Of a stretch of DNA of 64,000 nt, positions 25,371 through 38,999 are shown piece after piece (position 1 is the stretch's first letter; each line of letters opens with the position of its first letter). The stretch is from Hydrolagus affinis (taxonomy: Eukaryota): contig JAAILG010000887.1 in NCBI GenBank assembly GCA_012026655.1, forward strand, positions 1-64,000, given 5' to 3'. The notes beneath the pieces were generated by a model that saw only the letters and a program-made list of their open reading frames with translations, was not told the origin of the DNA and searched no databases. A program made the translations under genes and the position numbers.

Positions 25371-25746
25371 CTTCAGGTGAATTGACTGCATATACTGTGT
25401 GCGAAATGCAGCAGACATATAGTCTTGTTTTATTGAAAACGTTTAATTTTAGTTTACTTTTCCCCTGGCCTTCCCTCCACCCCCCACCACTCTTTAAACA
25501 TACACCTCATACTCACCTCCTCTGGCTCCCAGCCCTGACTGCCCATTTTGCTGGGCCAGCAGTTTGTTGCATTAGTTCTAAAAGAAAGGTCGCCATCGAC
25601 TTTGAGGTCAATTTTCAACCATTTCAAAAGACAGGACTCCTGTGATTAATGGGGGTCATTTCTTAGGTGTCAAAGGTTAATCTGGTGAGTAAAAGCACAT
25701 CGACTGCTTAACCCTTTCCCCCACCCCCATAGAACTGCTGACCGGT

Positions 25747-26210
25747 AATAATCCTTGCATTTGATAAAGTGCTTTTCACATCTTCCAGACAAAGCGCTTC
25801 ATAGGATATACTGTCAAGTGAATCAACTGTATAATTTGTGGGCAGAAAGCGGCAGCCAATCACGCACAGCAGTGTCCCACAAACAGTCGTGGGTTCGGAT
25901 GACCAATTTATTTTATTATTGTATCATTGCCCTCTTCGATCGTGGCTTCTGCTGCCCTCCCAACTCTCTCCCTCCCCTCCAAACTCTCTCCCGCCCATCC
26001 CCCCCCTACCCCGCCCCCTCTCCTTTGCTCGAGTCCCGAACTGACTGTTCAGCGCATTGGCACGTCCTCTCGACGTGAAAGACGCCTCTACAAATGTAAT
26101 TTTGCTAGTTGTTGCTGTTGTTTTGAGGGATTATGACCAGGGGCGAGTGGCATACGGAAACTTGCCCAAAGTAAGGCAAGCGCTCTCACCACTGAGCTAC
26201 AGGACTCCAC
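25747..26210 (-). mobile_element. SINE (-) interrupted by an L2 3' end (+, ~25927-26122)
   Basis: SINE tail and body to 25920, then L2 ttcgatcgt...stem-loop...(TTG)n; the SINE head resumes to gagctacaggactcc at 26208. Confidence 0.8.
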
Positions 26211-26599
26211 GCAGAGATGAATAATTAATGAATAATCCTTAGAATCGACTTGGCACCTTTCGCATCAGAGGTACGTCTCAAAGCACTTCACAGGATTTAC
26301 TGTGGTGTACAGTGACTGTGGTGTTTATATAACTACACAGTACATTAAACCGGTGCAGCAACGCTCAGGAGTAAGATTTTAATGATCGTAAAAAAGCATG
26401 TAGGACTAGGGTAAATACTGACAACTCCAGTCTTTTTCAAACCCATGGCTCCAAGTGGAGATTTCGCTCGAACAGGTCTCAGGACAAATTATTGATGACC
26501 CTGATTAAGGGGAATGCTAACGACTGTACCTGTCACAGACCCTAATGCACTTGCAATTTGGTTCATTCAGAAGGACAAAGGTTGCATTCTCATCAAAAC

Positions 26600-26907
26600 A
26601 TAATAATAACAATAATCCTTGCAATTGTTCTAGATGTGAAAAGCGCTTCACAGAGTATACTGTAAAGTGAATTGACTGTATATTTGTGGGTGAAACGAGG
26701 CAGCCAATTGCGCACAGCAGTGTCCCACAAACAGTTGTGGATTGAAATGACCAATTGTGTTTTTTCTGGACAGATTATTATTAGGTGTGTGTGTGTGTGT
26801 GGAATAAGGAAACTTGCCCAAGGTTTCACCCCTGACCTGCCTGGATTCGAAACACATGTCTCACGCTTGTAAGGCGAGTGCTCTCACTAGTGAGTTACAG
26901 GAGCTCC
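26600..26907 (-). mobile_element. tRNA-derived SINE, near full length
   Basis: Reverse complement of the family sequence. Confidence 0.9.
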
Positions 26908-27340
26908 ATAGGGGGGGTATTGTGATCAGCAAGCAATGGGATGTAATGGCTGGAACCCCTTCAAGGAACAACTTAACAGTAAAGCACAAAGGAAACAAAC
27001 TCGGAGGTTCACTGGCTCGCCTCCCGTTCCTGCTCTACACTGATCGATCCCTCTCTTTGGTGAGTATTGATAACCCATACGAGAAGGTTACACAAAACAC
27101 TGATCTTGAAAGCGAGATCCTACTGTTGCTTCACTCCTGTTTGCTTCACTGAACAATCTTCCTCGATAGTCATTTTACTTCTATGATTGATTCTCGATAT
27201 TACAACTAAAGGCGTTCACGGCAATATTAACTGTATCATTGCCTTGTTTTCGCAATTGTTTTACACTAAGGTCTTTTCCTGGATGTACACAGTGCCTCGG
27301 ACAAATCTCCCACGCGGCCATTAATTTGGTCAGCTTGCTA

Positions 27341-27695
27341 TCAGCTTGGCTAATGTAGTAGCAACTCCAGAGATGTACTGAGCGAGTGCGACATTTTTGT
27401 GATGCGGTGCTTTGGATGGGAGATTAAACCGAGATCCCGTCTGTCTCTTCTGATGGACATTAAATATGTCATGATACTATTGAAAAGTGAAGGCAATATC
27501 TCTTGGTGTCCTAGCCAATAATCCTCCACCTATGTGGTTATCCATTTTATGACCGTTTGTGAGGCATTGTAGGGTATAATTGGAGTGCTACCTTTGTCGA
27601 CAAATGCACAGTAACTAGACATGCCAGCAATTACCTGTGAAGCTCGTTTAGACGTTTCAATGTTGCAGGGACTACATAAAATGCAAGGATTCCTT
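27341..27695 (+). mobile_element. Old Deu-domain SINE, near full length
   Basis: gtactgagcgagtgc...taaaccgagatcccgtctgtc...ggtgtcctagccaat...gtttgtgagg...aatgcaagg matches the DeuSINE layout. Confidence 0.7.
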
Positions 27696-28341
27696 ATGTA
27701 ATACCAACACATCATTTTAATTTTCAACCAATGACATACAAATGCCAATTTCACTGGATCTACTTCGTCAATGAAGTGACACACAAGCTGCGGCTTTCAA
27801 AATACTTTGTCATCTATATTTTATTGGGTTCATGCAGATGCAAAAATCTCAGGGCAGCTGCAGTCCAAAAAAGACATTTCATTTTACATGAGGCGAAATG
27901 CATGCAGTTATTTTTCTCTTGTGGTGTTTTTTCTGCCCATGTCATGCCAAAGGCTCTCTAACTAGCAGTCTTGTATCTAAAGCATCTGTTCTACTGGAAG
28001 AGAGAGAGAGAGAAAGAAGGCTGAAATAAGCCTCTAATTGGCAGTCAATCTTATCCATTGTGTTGTCTTGCAAGAGACAGTGTGAAGTTCAAAGTTGCCT
28101 CGTTGTATTGTCCAAGTCTGCTCAGCATCAATCCAGTCAATAACCTATTAAGGCGTTATGTTGGTCAGTGGATACTGTTTCTGTCAGTGAGTTTTGCAGT
28201 GCAGAGATCAAAATACTTTTCACCTCCATGGATTCCAATAGAGTTACAAAAGCCACTGAGTGCAAGAATCCCATTTAACTCGAGAGCAAAACAACGCAGA
28301 TTTGTTAACGATTCATTCATGGAAACAATAGAAATATTGCG

Positions 28342-28600
28342 ATAGAATATCACAACGTGGGAACAGGCCTACCTCTGTATCAGTGTTTATACTCACAAGT
28401 CTCCATCCCTGTTATGCCTCGCTCCTTTTCACTTCTATTCCTTGCTCCCTCGCATATACATCAAGTTTCCTCTCAAGTATATTGACGCTTCTCGCTCGAA
28501 TGACAGGCTAGGGCAGTGAACTCCACCATCTCACCACCCACTGCGCGCAGAAATTCCTTCCAAACAACTCCCTTTTCGATGCGTTACTGGCTATTTATAT
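28342..28600 (-). mobile_element. Degenerate CR1 3' end
   Basis: atagaatatcacaacgtgggaacaggcc...gaactccaccatctcaccaccc; reverse of a typical CR1 tail. Confidence 0.5.
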
Positions 28601-28668
28601 TTTTGTCGTCCGTTCAGTTAAATTATGATACTTCAATAGACAGCTGCTGCTCTACATTCGGGATAGGT

Positions 28669-28960
28669 GGAGCTCCTGCAGCTCAGTGGTTAGAGCACTC
28701 GCCTTACAAGCGAGAGTCCTGGGTTCGATTCCAGGCAGGGTGAAAACCCTGGGCAAGTTTCCTTACTCCACATGCCTCAAAAAACACAATAATCAATTGG
28801 TCATTTTCAATCCACGACTGTTTGTGGGACACTGCTGTGCGCAATTGTCTGCCGCGTTTCGCCCACAAATATACAGTCAATTCACTTCACTGTATATTCT
28901 GTGAAGCCGTTTCAGATGTCTAGAAGATGTGAAATACGCTATATCAAATGCAAGTATTAT
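28669..28960 (+). mobile_element. tRNA-derived SINE, full length (short-head subfamily)
   Basis: ggagctcctgcagctcagtggttagagcactcgccttacaagcgagagtcctgggttcgattcc, then body and tail. Confidence 0.9.
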
Positions 28961-29589
28961 AAGTATATTTTTAAATCACAAAAAACAACGTTTAGATAAT
29001 GTACCAAATTCAATATATTTTGTTTATCCCCAAATTCCATAATTTATACGATTTCTTCCAAATGTATATTGTGTATATTCTGAATATCCTGGACACCAGT
29101 AAACTTTTAAAAAAAAATAAAATGCAATTAAAATATTGAAGTATGGTTGAAAAATGTTTGAAAATTCAGATGCATGTAAAAAACAACTTCATCAATATGA
29201 ATAGTTAAAACTTCAATAACAAAGCGCGCTATCTCGAAAGGTAAGAGAGATAAACCTTGCATCCCCTTTAAAACATAATTAGAAGGGAAGAATGTCAAAC
29301 TCAAAAATAGGTGAGGAGAGTGAGAATGATGGTGTGTGGAATCTAAATTTCATTCAAAGTGTAACAACTGAAGGAGAGTAATCTTCATTTCTTCATTTGG
29401 ATGCACCCCATATATCTTGAGTACCTTTCTCACAGTTCATCATTGGAAATATAGAGGACCCATTATCTGGAACACAGTTTTACTGACTGCCTATTTTTTT
29501 CTTGCGCTGTGGAAGAGATAATGTGCAGCTACAGTGGATGCACTGACGAGAGAACTCCGAACTGCTATCCTTTACTATTGCATTCCCCA

Positions 29590-29810
29590 CATCAGGACTT
29601 TGAAGGCCATTCATGGCCTTGCCCACCGCTATCTCTCTGACCTGCTGTACCCCTATGAACCTGCCCCCACTCTCTGGAACTCCATCCCGCAGTCGCTTCA
29701 CTCTATTGCCTCCTTCAAGGTTGATCTCAAGACCCTCCTATTCGATCGTGCCTTCTGCTGCCTTCTGCTGCCTTTTGCTATATCAAATGCAAGGATTATT
29801 ATTTTTATTC
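29590..29810 (+). mobile_element. L2 3' body ending in a SINE-type tail
   Basis: KAIHGLAHRYLSDLL...LWNSIP...LKTLLFDRAF, then ctatatcaaatgcaaggattatt. Confidence 0.75.
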
Positions 29811-32800
29811 TTATATTATATTGGCTGGTAACTAACACGTGCTGTATTATCTTGTCGATTGCCATTTCACACTGGTTTCTTCGTCTTTAGCCAACATAGC
29901 TTGCCTAATGGAAAACCGGGGGATTTTCTGCAATCTATAAGATCATGTCACTGATACAGTGAAACAGCAAAGGTCCACACCAAAGAGAAGGAATCCATAC
30001 TGGATCCAACTGTTAAAGAGATACTGTCAGGTTCAGGAGCAACTTAAAGATGATGACTGAGAACGGCAAACTGGTTGTAATCTGCCAAGACACAAATCCC
30101 CCCACAACGATCCTCTCACCAACCTTTTATACCGCTTTGTCTTCCAATAAATCAATTGACAGCATTCTGTGTTGCCCTGATTGAGAGTGTAGCCTTTTTT
30201 TCAGGTAAGGTTCAGCTCAAACCCACCTGAGTCAATTGGCGGATCGCTTTTCCATGAGCAATAATAATTCCTTCAATAAAATAATCAGAATAATAGTATG
30301 GTCTCTCGATCCACAACTGTTTGTGGGACACCGCTTTGTCCAATTGGCTGCCACATTTCGCCCACAAAATATACAATCAATTTACTTTACAGGATATTCT
30401 GTGAAGTGCTTTGAGACATCTAGAAGCTGTGATAAGGAGCTATATCAAACGCAAAGATTATTATTATTATTGTTATTTCATTCCAGCTGTGTTATTTGTA
30501 TTTGGTACAGGGTTAGAAGATTTCAGTATTGAATTCTATTTGCAGCCCATCATGCCTATGCCCTGACAAGCAGGAGAGAAGCATTAGAGATTGACCATAA
30601 ATTATGAATCATCCCAATGTCTCTTTATTCTTCCAAGAGATCATGCTTTGCATGACCTGCATTTTCTGCTGCTAAACTACGAGACGAACGATGTCAAAAC
30701 TTGTGTATCACAGACTCATATAATTCATATAGAATCATATGGCGCAGAAGGGAGGCCATTCAGCCCATTAAGTCTTTGGCAGCTCTTTTACAAGAGCCAT
30801 CCAAATCGATCCCACTCCCCCACTTGCACCCCCCCACCACCACCCCCACATAGCCTTACAAACTTGTCCGCCCCCAAATAAATATCTACTTCGCTCGTAG
30901 GTTGTGCTTGTAGGTCAAAGAGGCAAAAAAAAAAGGGCTTCCTGAAACAGCAGGTGCTGACAATATGATTTGTTTCTTTGGTAGAAGGATTGAACGTTAT
31001 TTCTCCCCCCCCCCACCTCACTCGGCTGAAGATTTGTTTATTTGTCCAGAAGTCAAAAGACCGCAGGTCCAACAACAGAAGACAGTAACGAAAGGCGGCA
31101 TTAAAAAAAGGATTGAGTCTTAAATCCAATCCAAAGAGAGGTGGTCACGCGCTGTGTGCCTCGTAACATTAAAAGTGACGGTGTCCTTGTGATTTTATCT
31201 CCTCACTGGAGCGTTGAGCTCTTCCTTGGTGCGTGCAGCCTAACAAATGAAGAATAGTACTTCATTTATAGAATTAAATAGCATTTTATGTGTATAGGCA
31301 GAACGGAAGCCGTAGTAGTTGAAAGATTTATGTGAAAGGCAAAACACACTGTGTTCCCCAAAGCAACTGCTAACGCGAGAGCCGGTCATAACAGGACTGC
31401 AGTAATAGAGTGGAAAGCTATGAAAAACCATAAACATAGTCACTGCAATTGTATAATACTCAATCAGAGTTTATATATTGCCCCAGTTAGGTCTGCACAA
31501 CAAATCAGCCATTGCAACAGACAAAAATGACATGATTTAATCCCCGATTTAATAAAGTGAAATGAATCAAATCAACAGTGACAGAACTCTGCATCTCGGG
31601 AGCGCCTGCCGCATACACCGTTCATCATGCAGAGTTTCACTTGTGACCCCAAAAAACTCTGCCACGGGCCCCGTGGCTTTTTAATCGCTCCAACAACTAA
31701 CCGCCAGACTTGCCACGACAACAAATACAAAAGGCGCAACCGGCATTACGTGACGGATATCCGTTTTCAGGGGGCAATATTGCAGTATTTGACCTCCCCC
31801 ACACCTCCCTAACCCGCCCCCCAAAAATAAATCACCTAATAATAAATCTATACAAATCTGTAAAGAAATGGTTCTTGGCAATGATGAAAATGCAATTCCG
31901 GCGATCCCATCACTTGCACTTTCATTTCAATGACAGCCAAAACCTCGGAACGTCTGAAGCTGCTGTAGTTTAATTAAAATTAAAGTCCCTGTAGCTGCCC
32001 TGTAATCGAGAGAACCCGGGTTTGATTCCCTCACAGGTAAGTAGGAACCCGGTTGTTAGTCAATTGTCTGATCGCTTTTCAGAGGGTAAGAATCCTTTTT
32101 AAAAAAAATGTGGTCGCTCAATCCACGATAGTTTGTGTGGGACACTGCTGTGCGCAATTGGCTGCCGCGATTCCCCCACAAATATACGGTCAATTCACTT
32201 TGCAGTATATTCTGTCAAACGCTTTGAGACATCTAAGATGTGATAAAGCACTATAACAAATGCCAGGATCATCATTATCATTATTCTTATCTAGCGCCGT
32301 GGGTCATTTTGGTGGCCGATGAAATTTCACCCCAATATAATCACCCGTTGACATTTAGTTCAAAGCAGCTCCATGTTGGGGTAAAGTTAGGTGTGGAAAT
32401 AATTATTCCCCCACCCTTTCCAAAAAAACAGCCAGATCCATAGCTTTAACTTGGTGACAAGAATGGTTTGTGTTAAAACTACAAAGTAGTATACAATGTA
32501 GTGTGTCACACTGATGTCTGGTGACCTCAAAAAAATATATAGATATATAGAGTGCTGGCTTGGCTGGGATTTTAAACTCAGACCAATATTCTGTATAATC
32601 TTGGTCTGTCTGCCTTGTTCTTCAAAATAGACCCTACAGCAAGTCTCCAATCTTGGATCATTCATAATCAGTCTTTTTCTCTCTCTCTCTCTCACTCGAG
32701 ATAAATTTTGAACGAAGAATGTGAAATTGGGCCATCTTCAAAGTGATCGGTTACACAACTGCTCTGTGCTGGTGTCGGATCAGGCAGAGGGAACAGAAAG

Positions 32801-33176
32801 CCAGGAGTGAACTTGTGCACGTTTTATGCCAGTAACTGGTGCTATGGAAACACGGTCAGTCTACAGCAGGGACGCACGCAATGTACAATATGCTACTCCT
32901 TCATCTCCCACTTCAAAGATGGCAAAGGCTTGGTAGGTTGCAAGCCATCGCTTTCATTTAAAGAAAAAGAACTACTTAAACCTCAGCAAATACAGTAAAA
33001 AGAAAAACTTTGATTCAGACTTTTTATTGTTAAAACTGTAGTATTGGTGACTTTGCAACTCAAACCTTTCAAATAAAAACTAAACTGGATATGTTGTTCA
33101 TTGTTTTTTTTTTAAGTTTTATTTCTCATTGTACTCATTTTTAAAAAAATATATGTTTTAACAGAAGGCATCCTAT

Positions 33177-33366
33177 GGAGTCCTGTAGCTCAGTGGTTAG
33201 ACAAGCGTGAGACCTGTGTTTCGAATCCAGGCAGGCTGTGCACAATTGGCTGCCACGTTTCGCCCACAATGTAGGCAAAATTCACTTTGCAGTAATTCTG
33301 TGAAGTGCTTTGAAACATCTAGAAGACGTGAAAAACGCTATATCAAATGCAAATAATTATTATTAT
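33177..33366 (+). mobile_element. Internally deleted SINE
   Basis: Head joined directly to gctgtgcacaattggc and the tail. Confidence 0.8.
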
Positions 33367-34880
33367 GGTTGAAATTATACCTAATCTTTGTGTGTATCAA
33401 CAACAGCAATATACATTTATATAGCCCTTTTATGAAGAAAACATCCGAGGGTAGGATGATGTGATCTTTTGAAATTGTGCAATGATTATGGTAAATTATT
33501 CAATCTAGTCTTAATTTGGAAGCCAATCCTCTGCAATAGTTTGGGGCTTTGCATCTTTAATGGTTAATTGGTCAACTATTGGTCAATCTGGAATCAATGG
33601 TTAATTTGAAATGGTTGATTCACGGTGTTATCTCGCAGAACTCAATATGGAAATAGGTGGGTATCTTACTGATAAGATTGATGTCAATGTGTTGTTCTGT
33701 TGAAGGTTTAAACAACAGATTGCGCTAGTTCAGGATTTATAAAATGGCTGAAGCTTAAGATAATAAACGTTCAATGGAAATCATCCAAATGCAGAAAACA
33801 ACTGAAATAGGCTCAAATTCACATTTGTAGTCTACATCCTCGGTCTGTGACTTGCGACAACATCTGTTGGCCCAGTCCAGCCCACGTACTAAATTAATCC
33901 TGCTCAATTTAATTGCTCTTGCTGGAACTTAACTTAGCTTCTGAAGTTAACTGAATATAGCACAATATATTTGGGGAAAATGCTTCCCTCACCCACTGCA
34001 GTGCAATTGAACTGGTTATACTGTTTGCTCGGGGGGGTTCCTGTGAGCACTAAAACAATTGAAATCTCAGGCTTTGTGTTCAATTTGATCCAAACTAGGT
34101 TATTCACCTAAAAGGATTTTTCCATACTTTTGCAACAATAAAAACACTGAACTTGACTAATGAGAATACTCGCCTTTCTTGCTGCTGAATGGAACCGAGC
34201 TGTGTCGTGATTTATGTCCACCGTGAAAGCATTATGGGGTCTGGATTTCATGTTATTGTCTATTTCTTGTGCATTTTCCTCCTCCATATGGTTTCCCCCT
34301 AAAAATGCAACGTCCCTGCCAAATAAACAGTGTGCGAAAGTAATTTACCTTAAAAAGTGCAAGTTGAAATGGCTTTGTGATTTATCTGACATATGTTCCA
34401 TTCTCAAGTCTTCAAGGATCACAGATCATGTCTCAAGGATAATATGCATTCCGCACAGACAAAGGAAATGCAAGGGGAAACTGCGTATTTAACGAGACTG
34501 ACAGAAAACCACAGAGAAAAAAGTAAAAATCCTGCCCTTGAGTAATCAAGTGAAAGTTACACGAGACGGCTAACAGGTAAAGAGCAAAGGAAGCAACCAA
34601 AAAGCAAACTGTTCGTAAAATAGTTACTACAAAAACTGTAATTGGGAATACCATGAAGTAAAGAAAACTGACAAACTCTTGTTTTCTGATCTTTGCTGGA
34701 TTCAGGACTTGGCTTCCTCATTCTGCTTTAATACTATTATTGTCTCTGTCTTTTCTCCCTTGAGCTCATAGTCTAAGGCTGAGTTGTATTGCACTGGGCG
34801 CGTTTGACATGTGAAACACTATTTGACAGTGGAGGAGAGTAAAAATGCAGAGCAGCCCAACGGCGACAACAAATCAGATT

Positions 34881-35194
34881 TATAATAATAATCCTTGCAT
34901 TTGACATAGCGCTTTTCACGTCTTATCGACGTCTCAAAGCGCTTCACGGAATAGACTGTAAAGTGAATTGACAGTATATTTGTGGGGGCGAAACGTGGCA
35001 GCCAATTGCGCACAGCAGTGTCCCCACAAACAGTTGTGGATTGAAATGACCAAATTTTATTATTGCGGGTTTTTTTGGACGTATTATTAGGAGTGAAGTA
35101 AGGAAACTTGCCCAAGGCTTTGCCCTGATCTGCCTGGATTCGAACACAGGTCTCACGTTTGTAAGACGAGTGCTCTAACCACTGAGCTGCAGGA
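34881..35194 (-). mobile_element. tRNA-derived SINE, full length
   Basis: Reverse complement of the family sequence. Confidence 0.9.
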
Positions 35195-35397
35195 TATTAG
35201 ATAGCGTCTTTCAAGTCGGGAGGACATCCCTAGGTGCTGGATAGTCAGCCTAATCCTATCCTTTCACAGTGGTGCATTCCCATCAGTGAATGTTGACTCC
35301 TGATCAGGAGCTGGAACCATGGCTCCTCCCAAACCTTGTACCATACGGGCAATCTTAACAGCTTCCTTTCCTGCCACTCTGGTTCATATCATAATGT

Positions 35398-35721
35398 GGA
35401 GCTCCTGTAGCTCAGTGGTTAGAGCACTCGCCTTACAAGCGTGAGACCTGTGTTCGAATCCAGGCAGATCAGGGTGAAACCTTAGGCAAGTTTCCTTATT
35501 CCACACACACACCTAATAATAATCCGTCCCCAAAAAAAACCCCACAATAATGAAAATTGGTCACTTCAATCCATGACAGTTTATGGGACGCTGCTGTGCG
35601 TAATTGGCTGCCGCGTTTCGCCCACAAATACACGGTTAATTCACTTTACAGTATATTCTGTGAAGTACTTTGAGAAGTCGTTAAAATGTGAATATCAAAT
35701 GCAAGGATTATTGTTATTATT
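35398..35721 (+). mobile_element. tRNA-derived SINE, full length (best-preserved head)
   Basis: A box tagctcagtgg, B box gttcgaatcc, cgc-cttacaa-gcg anticodon-like arm. Confidence 0.92.
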
Positions 35722-36655
35722 AAAGCCATCTCAGACCAGACTAGGGATTGCATTTGGTATTTCCCCCTCCAAGTGTCTGTCTGCATGTCTCTCTCTCTCT
35801 CTCTCTCTGCTGCTCACCGGTAAATCTCAGCTATAGACAATCATTTATTGTGGTGCGGCAAGATCTCTCGTCACTGTCGATTGCTGGTGGGGACAAAGGG
35901 TGTTGTTTTCTAATTTCTTTGTCTCATCTGTAGACAACAAGAAACAAATCCAGAGGTTGAAGTTCCCCTGAATTTAAGGCTAAGTGGCACAGCTGGCTGC
36001 AACCATTAAAAAACACCAGCAGTAAAAGCCCCTTCAGGAAGTTGGCGCCTAAATTTGTTTTATCAAGTTAATGAGACCTCAGAGACTCTCGATTGCTTTG
36101 GCATACTTTTCATCAACATAAAGTACTTAAATAATAACCAAAGTCAGACTTTAATGTCTGGATTGGAACAAGGTTATATTTTACAAAGCAAAAACACAGC
36201 ACGCCAAATAGTTTACTCTCTACCCGACAGCTCTTGGAAGGGATTTGTTAACAGAAACCAGCTCGACGTGGAGAAAGGTGAATATTGTGCAAGGATAAGA
36301 TCAAATGGAGAAGACCAAGGGTTTTCTGCAACTGAATGTCTCTTGCAATCTTGTGCTTTAGGGTGTTCAAGTCAGACTGAGACACAAGCGTGCCACCAAC
36401 AAGTCGGAATTTTGCAGTATCCGGAATTAAATGCACACTCTCTCCCTGGGGTTGTGTTCTGGCTACCATTCTCTAATGCTGCGGCTAAATAGAATCCAGG
36501 AATGCGTAGGAGATCGAGGTTCAACATTGAGACCTCGCTTCGAGGGAACGCGCTTTTTACCTTCAACGATAACAAAACGAGGCTGCCGGTAATGTTTTGT
36601 GTTTCACGTGGAATGACAATCGAATGCTTTTGCTCAGACAGCCGTTGAAATGCTG

Positions 36656-36925
36656 ACAATAACAATAAGAACGACAACGAGAAAATTGCACTTGTATTGC
36701 GCCTTTCACGTCAGGAGGACGTGAAAGGGGATAGGGAGGGTGGAGGGAAAGAGGGGGGATTTGGTGTGACCGATGGGACCGTGGAAGAGGAGAGTCTTGA
36801 GGCGGGACTTGAAGGAGGCCAGGAAGGTGGGGTGGGGGAGTGGGGGGGGCGAGACGGAGGGACTGCAGGATGGAGTTCCAGATGTTGGGGGCAGTGGCTG
36901 AAGGCTCGCCGATGGTGGGGCGGGT
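36656..36925 (-). mobile_element. L2 LINE 3' end
   Basis: FLASFKSRLKTLLF peptide on the minus strand; (CAA)n tail. Confidence 0.8.
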
Positions 36926-37523
36926 GTGTCAGGGAACATGGAGCAGGGAACTGGTGTTGACAGTTCGAAATTTCCGGGCAGTGTGAGAGCCTTCCATTAA
37001 CATGCAGCACGAACTCAAGCACTCTGGGTTAATGATCTCGACTGATCGTAACTTAGCTCTCTCACACCATCGGAAGCCAAACAGTAAGAGGGAGCTGAAT
37101 TAAGATCAGTGTAGATACAGCCATTAACCGAGAGCTTCAACTCTGCATGTTAATTGAGGTCCATCGTTCCTTTGGGGCACAGTGACTCGACCAAGCCACT
37201 TTGCGGTCTTCAGCGCTCGTTCTTCAAAGCAAATATTTCCACGGGAAAAAAACACAAGGATGTTAATGATTCTTTGTTCCAATTTTTTTTTAAAAAAAGG
37301 CTACCAACTGCAAACTCTCTTTTAAGAAGGGTAATGTTAGAGGCGAGAGAAATAATCTTGGCAATGTTATAATAAAGACGTTAATTTAACGCGTGCAAAT
37401 ATTTTTCTAATTACTCATTACCCCTTGGCACACATCTCTGCTGCTGGGTACCTTCTTGCTGGGATGCTGTTCCACAGGCACTGGTTGTGGGAGCTCTGGT
37501 ATTCAGTGTTGTCACGGTTATTT

Positions 37524-37867
37524 AATAAATAATAATAATCGTTGCATTTTGATAATACTGTAGGGACTTATCACGTCTTCTAGACGTCTCAAAGCGCTTC
37601 ACAGAATACACTGTAAAGTGAATTGGCTGTGTATTTGTGGGCGAAACGCGGCAGCCAATTGCGCACAGCAGCGTCCCCACAAACAGTCGTGGATTAAAAT
37701 GACCAATTTTTATTATTGTGTTGTTTTTCAGGGATTATTATTAGGCGTGTGTGTGCGTGTGTGTAGTCAGGAAACTTGCCCAAGGTTTCGTCCTGACCTG
37801 CTTGCATTTGAAACACAGGTCCCACGCTTGTAAGGTGAGTGCTCTAACCACTGAGCTACAGGACTCC
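37524..37867 (-). mobile_element. tRNA-derived SINE, full length
   Basis: Reverse complement of the family sequence. Confidence 0.9.
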
Positions 37868-38279
37868 ACTTGATGAAGAGGGCATCAATACACAGCCTTA
37901 CCTCTCTCCACCCAGCTGCCATGCATGCAGACTACCAGTGGATGGACCAGGATCAGAACACTTTACCTTCAGTCAAGCAATGTCTACTGTTATGCTTTTT
38001 TCCACCTTTAAAGATTGCTAGTGCATTTTCACAAGAATTAGCACATTCTAAAGTTTAAAGTTTACCCAGACTAGACCTGCACCCACCTTGAACTTTGCTT
38101 TAAAAGAAGTGCGTCTTTAGTAACAGCTTCCAATATGTTAAATTTAACTAATCAGACATTTTTAAATCATATTGTGCTGAACTAATTCACTGCTAGTGTA
38201 GTCACTGCACATTTATAGGAAAAACGCGGAAGCCATGACAAGGTTTTACCAATAGCCTGAGGTGAACAACTATTTTAGT

Positions 38280-38381
38280 TGAAACAGAAGTCGCTGAGAA
38301 CACACAGCAGATCAAGCAGCATCTATGGAGAAAGGAAAGTGAGTCAACGTTTCGGGTCCACGGCCCTTCGTCAGAACTCAC
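38280..38381 (-). mobile_element. Single arm of the same Penelope-like element, with an intact hammerhead motif at 38339-38381
   Basis: Similar to 1251-1350. Minus strand: GTGAGTT-CTGACGA-AGGGccgtggaCCC-GAAAC GTT-GACTCAC, with a 7-bp stem I. Confidence 0.7.
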
Positions 38382-38999
38382 CCTGCTCACCTGCGTTTTG
38401 TTTATAACTGGCTTAGTTGGGAGTTTTGGAGGAATATTGGCAACACCAAGACGCTGAGCAATACTTATGGTCTACTAGGGCTCCAGTTTGACGAGGGAAT
38501 TCCATTCTCATACCCCCACTTTAAGCACCTTCAGAAATAGCCACTGATTTACCTCAGTGAAATTCCTGGCACATTGCAATCCCCTGTGCTTATCACACTA
38601 TGATTCCCTGCAGTCTCATTTGCTTGTCGAAACAACCCATTATCTACCTACCCACCTTTAGCTAGAGCACAATGCCAATTGCCAATTATTATTTTGCTGT
38701 CCTTGCGGTTGGCAGTCTCTCTGCAAATTGCTCTCTCTTCCTCTACTTCCACCAGCCCCTTAACCAATAATTGCGCTCATTGACTCATCTTCATTGGTTT
38801 ACCTTTGTGAACCATTCAATGCTCTCCACTCCATCGCGTGTTCACTTTGTATACACGTGGATATTTTCGCAAAACTAATAACATTTCACTATCTGCCTAT
38901 GGTGAGAACTGCAGTGACAGTTTTTGCATCACATACCGTATAGCATTTTCTCCCTCGATCTTATTCCTGCTGATTAGAATTGTTTTAACTGCCTGTTTT

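Noticed and set aside
35398-35470. tRNA-Val(TAC)-like gene (also at other SINE heads)
   Set aside because: No proper acceptor stem, and each copy runs directly into the SINE body and tail; these are SINE heads.
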